A DNA stretch of 64,000 nt from Thermoanaerobaculia bacterium (GTDB lineage Bacteria; Acidobacteriota; Thermoanaerobaculia; UBA5066; DATFVB01). The DNA is taken from positions 3,791 through 67,790 of the forward strand of contig DASTIQ010000044.1 in the NCBI GenBank assembly GCA_035717485.1, written 5' to 3'. Position numbers and translations under genes: made by a program. Shown piece by piece: positions 1 to 8,154 of the stretch. Within the stretch, counting starts at the first letter, position 1; each line of letters begins with the position of its first letter. Below the pieces are notes generated by a model. That model saw only the letters and a program-made list of their open reading frames with translations. It searched no databases and had not been told where the DNA came from.

Positions 1-854
1 TCGTACGGCGCCGGCCTTCGAGAAGGATCTCGTCGTGGGCCGCGGAACCGAAACCGCGGGAGGCTTCGATCGCGGAGCCGAACTCCACGGCCTTGACGGC
101 GGGAATCGAGAGGATCGCGCGTCCGATCCGCCCGTCGAGCTTCCGGTCCCACGCGACGTACGAGCCGAGTCCCGGAGGAACGTTCGCGGCGCCGATCAGG
201 ATCGATCCGCCGAGCGTTTCGCCCTTCGCTTTCGCTTCGTCGATCGCCGCGACCATCTTCTTCTCGGCGGCCCGATCCAGGGCGCGGAGCGGGGAGGAAT
301 CGTCGACCCGTTCGAGGGAAGCAAACGTCCGGGGTACGTCGCCTTCGACGGCACCGAGCGACAGGACGCCGCTCGCGATCCGGATGCCGCATTCGGAGAG
401 GAGCATCCGGCAGACCGCGCCGGCCGCCACCCGGGCGGCGGTCTCGCGCGCCGACGCGCGCTCGAGGACGTTCCGCAGGTCGTCGGCGCCGAACTTCTGC
501 GCGCCGGCGAGGTCGGCGTGTCCTGGGCGCGGCCGGCGGACGCGGCGGGAGGCGGCGGCTTCGGGATCGACCTCCCACGGGTCCATCACCGCTTTCCAGT
601 TGGCGAAATCCCGGTTCTCGATCCGGAAAGCGACCGGAGAGCCGAGCGTCACCCCTCCGCGGACACCGCCGGTGATCTCGACCGCGTCGGTCTCGATCTT
701 CATTCGCCCGCCGCGGCCGTATCCATGCTGCCGGCGCGACATGTCGGACCGGAGGAGTTCGCGGTCGATCGTCAGGCCGGCCGGTATCCCCTCGAGAATC
801 GCGCTCAGCGCGGGTCCGTGGGACTCGCCGGCGGTCGTCAGGCGCAACGTCATC
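1..854 (-). CDS. aroC: chorismate synthase, partial (C-terminal end runs off the window start)
   Basis: Minus-strand translation from ATG at 854-852 reads MTLRLTTAGESHGPALSAILEGIPAGL..., the canonical chorismate synthase N-terminus. It is absent from the ORF track because it runs off the edge. Plus-strand ORFs 35..1849 and 93..869 are antisense artefacts. Confidence 0.85.
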
Positions 855-914
855 GCGCGGAGAGTCTGACCGATCCTTTTTCAAAAGACAAAGAAACAGG
901 AATAGGATTTCCGT

Positions 915-2249
915 TTGACGATCATGCTTTCGACGGCGGCCGGAGGCGCGCTCCTCTCCCGGTTCACCGCGGCGCGGAAGCGCACCGAGGACCTCTTCTC
1001 GTTCATCCGCGACGAGGCGTTCCTCGCGCGCCCCATTCCTCTCCGGCACCCGATCGTGTTCTACCGCGGACACCTGCCCGCCTTCGCGGTCAACACCCTC
1101 CTGAAGAGAGCGCTCGGCCGGCCGGGGATCCGCGCCGACTTCGAGACGCTCTTCGAACGCGGCATCGACCCCGCCGACGCCGCCACCGCCGAGAAGGTGT
1201 CGATCGCCCGATGGCCGGAGCGGTCCGAGATCGAGGCGTACCTCCGGGAGGCCGGCGAGCGGCTTTCGGCGGCGTTCGAGGCCATCGACGCGGGGGAAGT
1301 CGCGGACGTCGATTTCGCGCGCGAGGCCGCGGCGATGTGCATCGAGCACGAGGAGATGCACCAGGAGACCCTCCTCTACATCTTTCACCGGCTCGATTTC
1401 TCGATGAAGTGCCCGCCGGAGCGTTCGCCACACGCGCCGCTCGGGGCCGGACCGGCTCCGGAAACGGTCCGCGTTCCGGCGGGAATCGCGACGCTCGGTG
1501 CCGAACGCGGCGGGATCCCGTTCGGATGGGACAACGAGTTCCCGAAGCTCGCCGTCGACGTGCCGGCCTTCGAGATCGACCGGAACGACGTGACCAACGG
1601 CGAGTACCTCGAATTCGTCGATGCCAGCGGCTACGGGAACGCGCGCTGGTGGGACCATGCCGCCCGCGCGTGGATCTCGGGCGGGAAGATCGCGCATCCT
1701 CTCTTCTGGGAGCGGGACGGAGGGCGCTGGAAGTGGCGAACGATGTTCGAGGCCGTCGAGCTTCCGCTCGCGTGGCCGGTCTACGTCAGCCACGCCGAAG
1801 CGTCGGCGTTCGCCCGCTGGCGCGGGAGACGGCTGCCGACGGAGGCTGAGATCCATCGGGCCGCGTACGGGACGTCTTCGGGCGAGGAGCGATCGTTCCC
1901 GTGGGGAGAGGACCCGCCCGATTCCTCTCGCGCGAACTTCGGGATGTTCCGGTACGATCCCGTTCCCGTCGGAAGCTTTCCCGCCGGCGAGAGCTTCTGG
2001 GGCGTGCGCGACCTCGTGGGGAACGGCTGGGAGTGGACGTCGACGCCGTTTTCCGGCTTTCCGGGCTTCCGGGCGAGCCCGCTCTATCCCGGCTATTCGG
2101 CCGATTTCTTCGACGGCGCGCACTACGTGATGAAGGGGGGATCGCCCGCGACGGCGCCTTCGATGCTTCGCCGGAGTTTCCGGAACTGGTTTCAACCGCG
2201 CTACCCGTATCCGTACGCCACGTTCCGCTGCGCCCGGGACGCGGTGTGA
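915..2249 (+). CDS. egtB: ergothioneine biosynthesis sulfoxide synthase EgtB-like (DinB_2 N-domain plus FGE-sulfatase C-domain)
   Basis: 444 aa. HEEMHQETLLY two-His iron motif sits in a DinB-like N-terminal half. C-terminal half has FGE-like signatures (GNGWEWT, YVMKGGS). Immediately followed by an EgtD-like methyltransferase. Confidence 0.75.
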   Translation: MTIMLSTAAGGALLSRFTAARKRTEDLFSFIRDEAFLARPIPLRHPIVFYRGHLPAFAVNTLLKRALGRPGIRADFETLFERGIDPADAATAEKVSIARWPERSEIEAYLREAGERLSAAFEAIDAGEVADVDFAREAAAMCIEHEEMHQETLLYIFHRLDFSMKCPPERSPHAPLGAGPAPETVRVPAGIATLGAERGGIPFGWDNEFPKLAVDVPAFEIDRNDVTNGEYLEFVDASGYGNARWWDHAARAWISGGKIAHPLFWERDGGRWKWRTMFEAVELPLAWPVYVSHAEASAFARWRGRRLPTEAEIHRAAYGTSSGEERSFPWGEDPPDSSRANFGMFRYDPVPVGSFPAGESFWGVRDLVGNGWEWTSTPFSGFPGFRASPLYPGYSADFFDGAHYVMKGGSPATAPSMLRRSFRNWFQPRYPYPYATFRCARDAV

Positions 2250-3199
2250 GCTCGGCGGCGACGCTTTCCGCGTTCGCGCTGGACGTCGCACGCGATCTCG
2301 CCCTGACGCCGCGCCAGCTCCAGTCCAAGTACCTCTACGATCGGCTCGGAAGCCGGCTCTTCGAGGCGATCTGCCGGCTGCCCTGGTACACGATCACCCG
2401 CGCGGAGCTCGGTCTTCTCTCGCGGCACGCCGACGAGATCGCCGCGGAGCTCCCCGATCCGCTGACGCTGACCGAGCTCGGCCCCGGAGACGGGGAGAAG
2501 ATCGCCCTGCTCGCGGCCGCGCTCGTCCGGGAGCGGGCGGCTCTCGCGACGCATCTGATCGACATCTCGCAGTCCGCGCTCGACCAGACGGAGCGGCGGC
2601 TCGGCCGGTACGAAGGCGTCTCCGTGGTCGGGCACCGCGCGTCCTACGAGGAAGGGCTGCGGCGCGTCGCCCGCGAGCGCAACGGCGGCGGGCTCCTCGT
2701 CCTCTTCCTGGGATCGAACCTCGGCAACTTCGACCGCGGCGCGGCGGCCGATTTCCTGCGCGCGATCCGGGCGACGCTCCGCCCGGGCGACGCGCTCCTC
2801 CTCGGCGCGGATCTCGTCAAGCCGGAAGCGGATCTGCTCCTCGCCTACGACGATCCCCTCGGCATCACCGCCGCGTTCGACAAGAACGTCCTCCTCCGGA
2901 TCAACCGGGAGCTCGGCGGGGACTTCGACCTCGCGTCCTTCACCCACCGCGCGGTCTTCGATCCGGCCGAATCCCGGGTCGAAATGCGGCTCGTCTCGCT
3001 TCGCGACCAGGACGTCTCGATTCCCGCGGCCGGAATCCAGGTGCGGTTCGCCGAGGGCGATTTCATCTGGACGGAGAGCTCGTACAAGTACACGCCCGCG
3101 GACCTGACACGGCTCGTCGAGGGCGCGGGATTCGCCTGCCGCCGGCAGTGGATCGACCCCGTGGCTCAATTCGCGCTCGCGCTCTTCTTCGCGGGGTGA
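2246..3199 (+). CDS. egtD: histidine N-alpha-methyltransferase EgtD-like (SAM-dependent)
   Basis: GTG at 2246 overlaps the egtB stop (GTGTGA) and translates VSSAATLSAF.... It contains LTELGPGDGEKIALL (EgtD ELGxGxxxK motif) and the DFL/ESSYKYTPADL C-terminal region. The track ORF 1901..3199 begins with a spurious upstream extension. Confidence 0.75.
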   Translation: MSSAATLSAFALDVARDLALTPRQLQSKYLYDRLGSRLFEAICRLPWYTITRAELGLLSRHADEIAAELPDPLTLTELGPGDGEKIALLAAALVRERAALATHLIDISQSALDQTERRLGRYEGVSVVGHRASYEEGLRRVARERNGGGLLVLFLGSNLGNFDRGAAADFLRAIRATLRPGDALLLGADLVKPEADLLLAYDDPLGITAAFDKNVLLRINRELGGDFDLASFTHRAVFDPAESRVEMRLVSLRDQDVSIPAAGIQVRFAEGDFIWTESSYKYTPADLTRLVEGAGFACRRQWIDPVAQFALALFFAG

Positions 3200-3248
3200 T
3201 CCCGGCAGGGCCGGAACGCGGCTAAGATTCCGCGAGACCGACGAGCGC

Positions 3249-3365
3249 ATGCTGACTGTGGGAACCCGCCTCGCACCTGGCGATCCGCCTTCGCTCCTTC
3301 GGAGCCGGAAGCCTCGCCGAAGCCTTGGCGAAGGCGGGTTCGGCGCGACGACGGGTTTGCCATGA
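3249..3365 (+). other. 38-codon leader ORF (MLTVGTRLAPGDPPSLLRSRKPRRSLGEGGFGATTGLP) resembling a decayed kinase 5-prime end; its TGA overlaps the kinase-1 ATG (ATGA)
   Basis: ATG at 3249, stop 3363-3365 overlapping ATG 3362. Contains GC-rich inverted repeat CCGCCTTCGC (3285-3294) / GCGAAGGCGG (3328-3337). A homologous element precedes kinase 4. Confidence 0.4.
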
Positions 3366-5755
3366 CGCTCCCGGCCGGCGACAGACTCGGACCGTACGAG
3401 ATCATCTCGCTCCTGGGTTCAGGGGGCATGGGAGAAGTCTACCGGGCGCGCGACACCCGGCTGGGCCGGACGGTCGCGCTCAAGATCCTCCCCGAAGCGG
3501 TCGCCGCCGACCCGGAACGCGTGCGGCGATTCGAAATGGAGGCGCGGTCGGCCTCGGCCCTGGCCGATCCCCGCATCGTCACCGTTTTCGACGTGGGCGC
3601 CGAGCGGGGCATCCACTTCATCGCGACCGAGCTCGTCGAGGGTTCGGACCTCCGACATCTCCTCGAGGGCGGTCCCGTCCCTCCCGCGAGAGTGATCGAA
3701 ATCGCCGCGCAGATCGCCGAGGGACTCGCCGCCGCACACGAGCAGGGAATCGTGCATCGAGACCTGAAGCCCGAGAACGTCCTGATCAACCGGTCGGGCG
3801 CCGTCAAGATCGCCGATTTCGGCCTCGCGAAGCAGACGGATCGGTCCTCGGGCGATCTCTCGCAGATGGCGACGGCGGCAGCGGATTCGACGGCCACCGG
3901 CATCGTGATGGGAACGGTCGCCTACATGTCGCCGGAGCAGGCTCGCGGCGCGAGAGTCGACTTCCGGTCCGACCAGTTCTCGCTCGGACTGATCCTCTAC
4001 GAGATGGCGGCGGGAAGGCGGGCGTTCGCCCGTGGCAATCCCGCCGACACGCTCTCCGCGATCCTCAGGGACGATCCGCCCCCGCTCGCGTCCGCCTCTC
4101 CGGGGATGTCGGAGCCTTTCGCGAGGATCGTCCACCGATGCCTCGAAAAGGACCCGGAGCGGCGGTACGGCTCGACGAGCGACCTCGCCCACGACCTGAA
4201 AGGGCTCGTCGCTTCCTCTCCGTCGACCGTGGCGGCGAAGACGTCGCCGCCCCTTCGGAAATTCGTCATCCCGCTCGCCCTCGCCCTCGCCGCCGCCGCG
4301 CTCGCGGCGTTCCTTTTCCTGCGGCATCCGAAGCCGGTGTCGGAACCGATCAATTCCCTCGCGATCCTGCCCTTCGTCAGCTCGAGCGGTAAGGCGGACA
4401 TGGAATTCCTGACCGACGGGATCACGGAGAGCCTGATCAACAAGGTGTCGCAGGTCTCCGGCCTGCGGGTGATCTCTCGCACGTCGGCGTTCCACTACAA
4501 GGGGAGGGAAATCGACCCCGCGAAAGTCGCGAGGGAGCTGGACGTTCGGGCGATCCTGACCGGGCACGTGGCGGCGGTGGGAGACTCCCTCTCCGTCGGC
4601 GCCGAGCTCGTGGACGCGCGCGACGGGCGGCACCTCTGGGGAGAGCAGTACAACCGGAAGATCTCGGACGTCTTCGCGATGCAGAGCGAGATCGCGTCGG
4701 TGATCGCAACCTCGCTTCGCGGCCCACTGACGGGACAGGAGCAGGGTCGGATCGAAAAGCGCCCGACGCGCAACCTCGCCGCCTACCAGGAATATCTGAA
4801 GGGGAAATATTTCTTCGGCCGCAGCAACCCGGGCGATCTCGAAAAGGCCCGGGCCGCTTTCGAGGAGGCCGTGTCGCTCGACCCGGATTTCGCCCTCGCC
4901 CACGTCGGCATCTCGGGCTGTTACGGGATCGAAGGGTCCGCGAGCTACCTCAACCCCACGGAGGCATGGCCGAAGTCCCGTGAGCACGCCGAGCGGGCCA
5001 TTGCCCTCGACGCGTCCCTGCCCGACGCGCACACGGCACTCGCCGCCGTCTATCTGAACCACGACTGGGACTGGGCGGCCGCCGAGAGAGAGTTGAAGCG
5101 CGCGATGACGCTCGGGCCGGTCGACCTGTCGCTCGCCGAGCCGAACGACCTTTTTTCCTTCTACCTGGCGGCCATGGGCCGTCTCGATGAGGCCGTCGCC
5201 GCGGAGAAGACGGCCCAGAAGACGGATCCTCTTTCTCCCTTCCTCGCGGCGGACCTCGCTCAGGAGTACTACTACGCGAGGAAATTCGACGCCGCGATCC
5301 GGGAGGCGCGCCGTGCCCTCGAGCTCCAGCCCGATTCCGTCTTCGGGTTGACGGCATTGGGCCTGTCGTTCGTCATGGAGGGGAAGTCCGAGGCGGGGAT
5401 CGCGTCGCTCCAATCCGCGGTCGAGCGGTCGGGGGGAGAGTCGTTCAATCTCGGTAACCTCGGGTGGGCATACGGGCGCGCCGGACGGATCGCCGACGCG
5501 AAGGAAGTCCTGCGCCGAATGGAGGTGTCGTCTCGGGAGCGCTACGTCGCGCCGTTCGACCGCGCAATGGTCGAGATCGGCATGGGGAACGCGGACGCCG
5601 CGTTCGCCGGGCTCGACCGTGCGGTCGAGGAGCGCAATGCCTGGCTGATCTTCCTCAACGTGGAGCCGATGTTCGACCCGATCCGCGCCGATCCGCGCTT
5701 CGCGAAGGTCGTCGCGCGCGTCGGCCTGCCTCCCCCGAAGGCGAGGACCTCGTGA
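3362..5755 (+). CDS. Ser/Thr protein kinase with TM segment and C-terminal TolB-N-like plus TPR sensor region (paralog 1)
   Basis: GxGxxG loop (LGSGGMGEVYRARD), VALK, HRDLKPENVLI, DFGLAK and SPEQ motifs. A hydrophobic segment (FVIPLALALAAAALAAFLF) is followed by a TPR-like C-terminus. Confidence 0.9.
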   Translation: MTLPAGDRLGPYEIISLLGSGGMGEVYRARDTRLGRTVALKILPEAVAADPERVRRFEMEARSASALADPRIVTVFDVGAERGIHFIATELVEGSDLRHLLEGGPVPPARVIEIAAQIAEGLAAAHEQGIVHRDLKPENVLINRSGAVKIADFGLAKQTDRSSGDLSQMATAAADSTATGIVMGTVAYMSPEQARGARVDFRSDQFSLGLILYEMAAGRRAFARGNPADTLSAILRDDPPPLASASPGMSEPFARIVHRCLEKDPERRYGSTSDLAHDLKGLVASSPSTVAAKTSPPLRKFVIPLALALAAAALAAFLFLRHPKPVSEPINSLAILPFVSSSGKADMEFLTDGITESLINKVSQVSGLRVISRTSAFHYKGREIDPAKVARELDVRAILTGHVAAVGDSLSVGAELVDARDGRHLWGEQYNRKISDVFAMQSEIASVIATSLRGPLTGQEQGRIEKRPTRNLAAYQEYLKGKYFFGRSNPGDLEKARAAFEEAVSLDPDFALAHVGISGCYGIEGSASYLNPTEAWPKSREHAERAIALDASLPDAHTALAAVYLNHDWDWAAAERELKRAMTLGPVDLSLAEPNDLFSFYLAAMGRLDEAVAAEKTAQKTDPLSPFLAADLAQEYYYARKFDAAIREARRALELQPDSVFGLTALGLSFVMEGKSEAGIASLQSAVERSGGESFNLGNLGWAYGRAGRIADAKEVLRRMEVSSRERYVAPFDRAMVEIGMGNADAAFAGLDRAVEERNAWLIFLNVEPMFDPIRADPRFAKVVARVGLPPPKARTS

Positions 5756-8154
5756 CGCTGTCGACGGGCGTCAGGCTCGGTCCCTACGAGATCCTTTCTT
5801 CCCTGGGCGCCGGCGGCATGGGAGAGGTCTATCGGGCGCGCGACACGCGGCTGGGCCGGACGGTCGCGCTCAAGATCCTCCCGGAAGCAGTCGCAGGCGA
5901 CCCGGAACGCGTGCGCCGATTCGAAATGGAGGCGCGGTCGGCGTCGGCCATGGCGGACCCGCACATCGTCACCGTTTTCGATGTCGGCACCGAGCGCGGC
6001 ATCCCTTTCATCGCGACCGAGCTCGTCGAGGGTTCGGACCTTCGACATCTCCTCGAGGACGGCCCGATCCCTCCCGCGAGAGTGACCGACATCGCCGCGC
6101 AGATCGCCGAAGGACTCGCCGCCGCGCACGAGGGGGGGGTCGTGCATCGGGACCTGAAGCCCGAAAACGTCCTGATCAACCGGTCGGGGGTGGTCAAGAT
6201 CGCGGACTTCGGTCTCGCGAAACAGACGGAATCCTCGGGCGATCTCTCGAGAATGGTGACCGCGGCGGCGGATTCGACCGCGACCGGCATCGTCATGGGT
6301 ACGGTCGCCTACATGTCGCCGGAGCAGGCGCGCGGCGCGAAAGTCGACTTCCGGTCCGACCAGTTCTCGCTGGGACTGATCCTCTACGAGATGGCGGCGG
6401 GAAGGCGCGCGTTCGCCCGCGGCAATCCCGCCGACACGCTCTCCGCGATCCTCAGGGACGATCCGCGCCCGCTCGCGTGCGCCTCACCGGGGATGTCGGA
6501 GCCCTTCGCGAGGATCGTTCACCGATGCCTCGAAAAGGATCCGGAGCGGCGGTACGGCTCGACGCGCGACCTCGTCCACGACCTGAAGGCGGCGGGACAC
6601 GACGCACGCACGCCGTCCGTCCCGGTGGCGGCGCCCGGAGCGACGCCCGCCGCGCGGCGGAATCGGATGATCGCGGCCGCGGTCGTCGCGGCGGCGCTCG
6701 CGGCCGGAGCGTTCTTCCTCCTGCGGAGACGCGCTTCCGCCCCGGCCGGGATCGACTCCCTCGCGATCCTTCCCTTCGAGAACTCCAGCGGGAAGCCGGA
6801 CACGGAGTTCCTGAGCGACGGGATCACGGAGAGCCTGATCAACAAGGTTTCGCAGGTCTCCGGCCTCCGGGTGATCTCGCGGGCCTCGTCGTTCCACTAC
6901 AAGGGGCGGGAGATCGACCTCGAGAAGGTCGGAAAGGAGCTGAACGTCCGCGCGGTCCTCACGGGCCATGTCCTCGCGGTGGGCGATTCGCTTTCCGTCG
7001 GCGCGGAGCTCGTCGACGCGCAGGACGGGCGGCACCTCTGGGGAGACCAGTACCGCCGGAAGATGTCCGACATCTTTTCGATGCAGAGCGAGATCGCTTC
7101 CGAGATCGCCACGGCGCTTCGCGGGAGGTTGACGGGGGAGGAAAAGGGACGTCTTCAGAGGAGACCGACGGGGGACCCCGAAGCCTATCAGGCGTACCTG
7201 AAAGGCAAATATCTCCTGAATCGCGTCGGCCCGGAAGAATTCGACAGAGCGAGAGAAGCGTTCGAAGACGCGACCCGCCGCGATCCGAAGTTCGCTCTCG
7301 CCTTCGTCGGCATCTCCGTGACCTACGCGGTGCAGGGCTTCAACGGTTTCCGCGATCCGGCCGAGTCCTGGAGGAAGTCCCGGGAGAGCGCGCAACGGGC
7401 GATCGAGCTCGACGGCCAGCTGCCGGACGGGCACGTTGCGCTGGCGGCAGTCCTCCTGAACCGGGACTGGGACTGGACGAGGGCCGAAAGCGAGCTCACG
7501 CAGGCGATCGCTCTCGAGCCCGCCGACATATCCTGGACGGTGCCCGAGGACCAGTATTCGTTCTACCTCGAGGTCATGGGCCGCTTCGATGAAGCCATCG
7601 CGGTGATGAAGAAGGCCGAGAAATTTGACCCGCTCTCCGCGAATCTTGCGTCCGATCTGGCACAGGCTTACTACTTTGCGAGGAGATACGACCTTGCGGC
7701 CGCGGAAGCCCGCCGGGGGATCGAGCTCGATCCCCGCTCGCTGCTTGTGAACTGGGCGCTCGGTCAGATCCTGACGGCGCAGGGAGACCATGCCGGCGCC
7801 GTCCGAGCCCTGGAGTCATGCGTCGAGCCTTCGGGCGGATCCCCGCAGTCTCTCGGGCTCCTCGGCTGGGGATACGGGCGCGCGGGTCGAAAGACAGATG
7901 CGGAACGCATCCTCCGCCGGCTGGAGGAACTCTCCCGAAGCCGTTACGTCGAGCCGATCGATTTCGCCCTCACGCACATCGGCCTCGGAAACCGGGACGA
8001 GGCCTTCGCGTATCTCGACAAGGCCGTCACCGAGCGCAACGGCTGGCTGATCTACCTCAATGCCGATCCGATGTTCGACCCGATTCGGACGGATCCGCGA
8101 TTCGGGAAGATCGTCGCGCGCGTCGGCCTGCCGGCCTCGGGGAAAACGCCGTGA
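5752..8154 (+). CDS. Ser/Thr protein kinase with TM segment and C-terminal TPR-like region (paralog 2)
   Basis: GTG 5752 overlaps the upstream stop (GTGA). Translation VTLSTGVRLGPYEILSSLGAGGMGEVYRARD... has the same motif set. The track ORF 5464..8154 has a spurious N-terminal extension. Confidence 0.9.
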   Translation: MTLSTGVRLGPYEILSSLGAGGMGEVYRARDTRLGRTVALKILPEAVAGDPERVRRFEMEARSASAMADPHIVTVFDVGTERGIPFIATELVEGSDLRHLLEDGPIPPARVTDIAAQIAEGLAAAHEGGVVHRDLKPENVLINRSGVVKIADFGLAKQTESSGDLSRMVTAAADSTATGIVMGTVAYMSPEQARGAKVDFRSDQFSLGLILYEMAAGRRAFARGNPADTLSAILRDDPRPLACASPGMSEPFARIVHRCLEKDPERRYGSTRDLVHDLKAAGHDARTPSVPVAAPGATPAARRNRMIAAAVVAAALAAGAFFLLRRRASAPAGIDSLAILPFENSSGKPDTEFLSDGITESLINKVSQVSGLRVISRASSFHYKGREIDLEKVGKELNVRAVLTGHVLAVGDSLSVGAELVDAQDGRHLWGDQYRRKMSDIFSMQSEIASEIATALRGRLTGEEKGRLQRRPTGDPEAYQAYLKGKYLLNRVGPEEFDRAREAFEDATRRDPKFALAFVGISVTYAVQGFNGFRDPAESWRKSRESAQRAIELDGQLPDGHVALAAVLLNRDWDWTRAESELTQAIALEPADISWTVPEDQYSFYLEVMGRFDEAIAVMKKAEKFDPLSANLASDLAQAYYFARRYDLAAAEARRGIELDPRSLLVNWALGQILTAQGDHAGAVRALESCVEPSGGSPQSLGLLGWGYGRAGRKTDAERILRRLEELSRSRYVEPIDFALTHIGLGNRDEAFAYLDKAVTERNGWLIYLNADPMFDPIRTDPRFGKIVARVGLPASGKTP

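Noticed and set aside
35-1849. 604-aa plus-strand ORF and nested ORFs 93..869, 1061..1431, 1621..2130
   Set aside because: Arg/Pro/Gly-rich low-complexity translations lying antisense to or out of frame with aroC and egtB. Typical GC-rich shadow ORFs.
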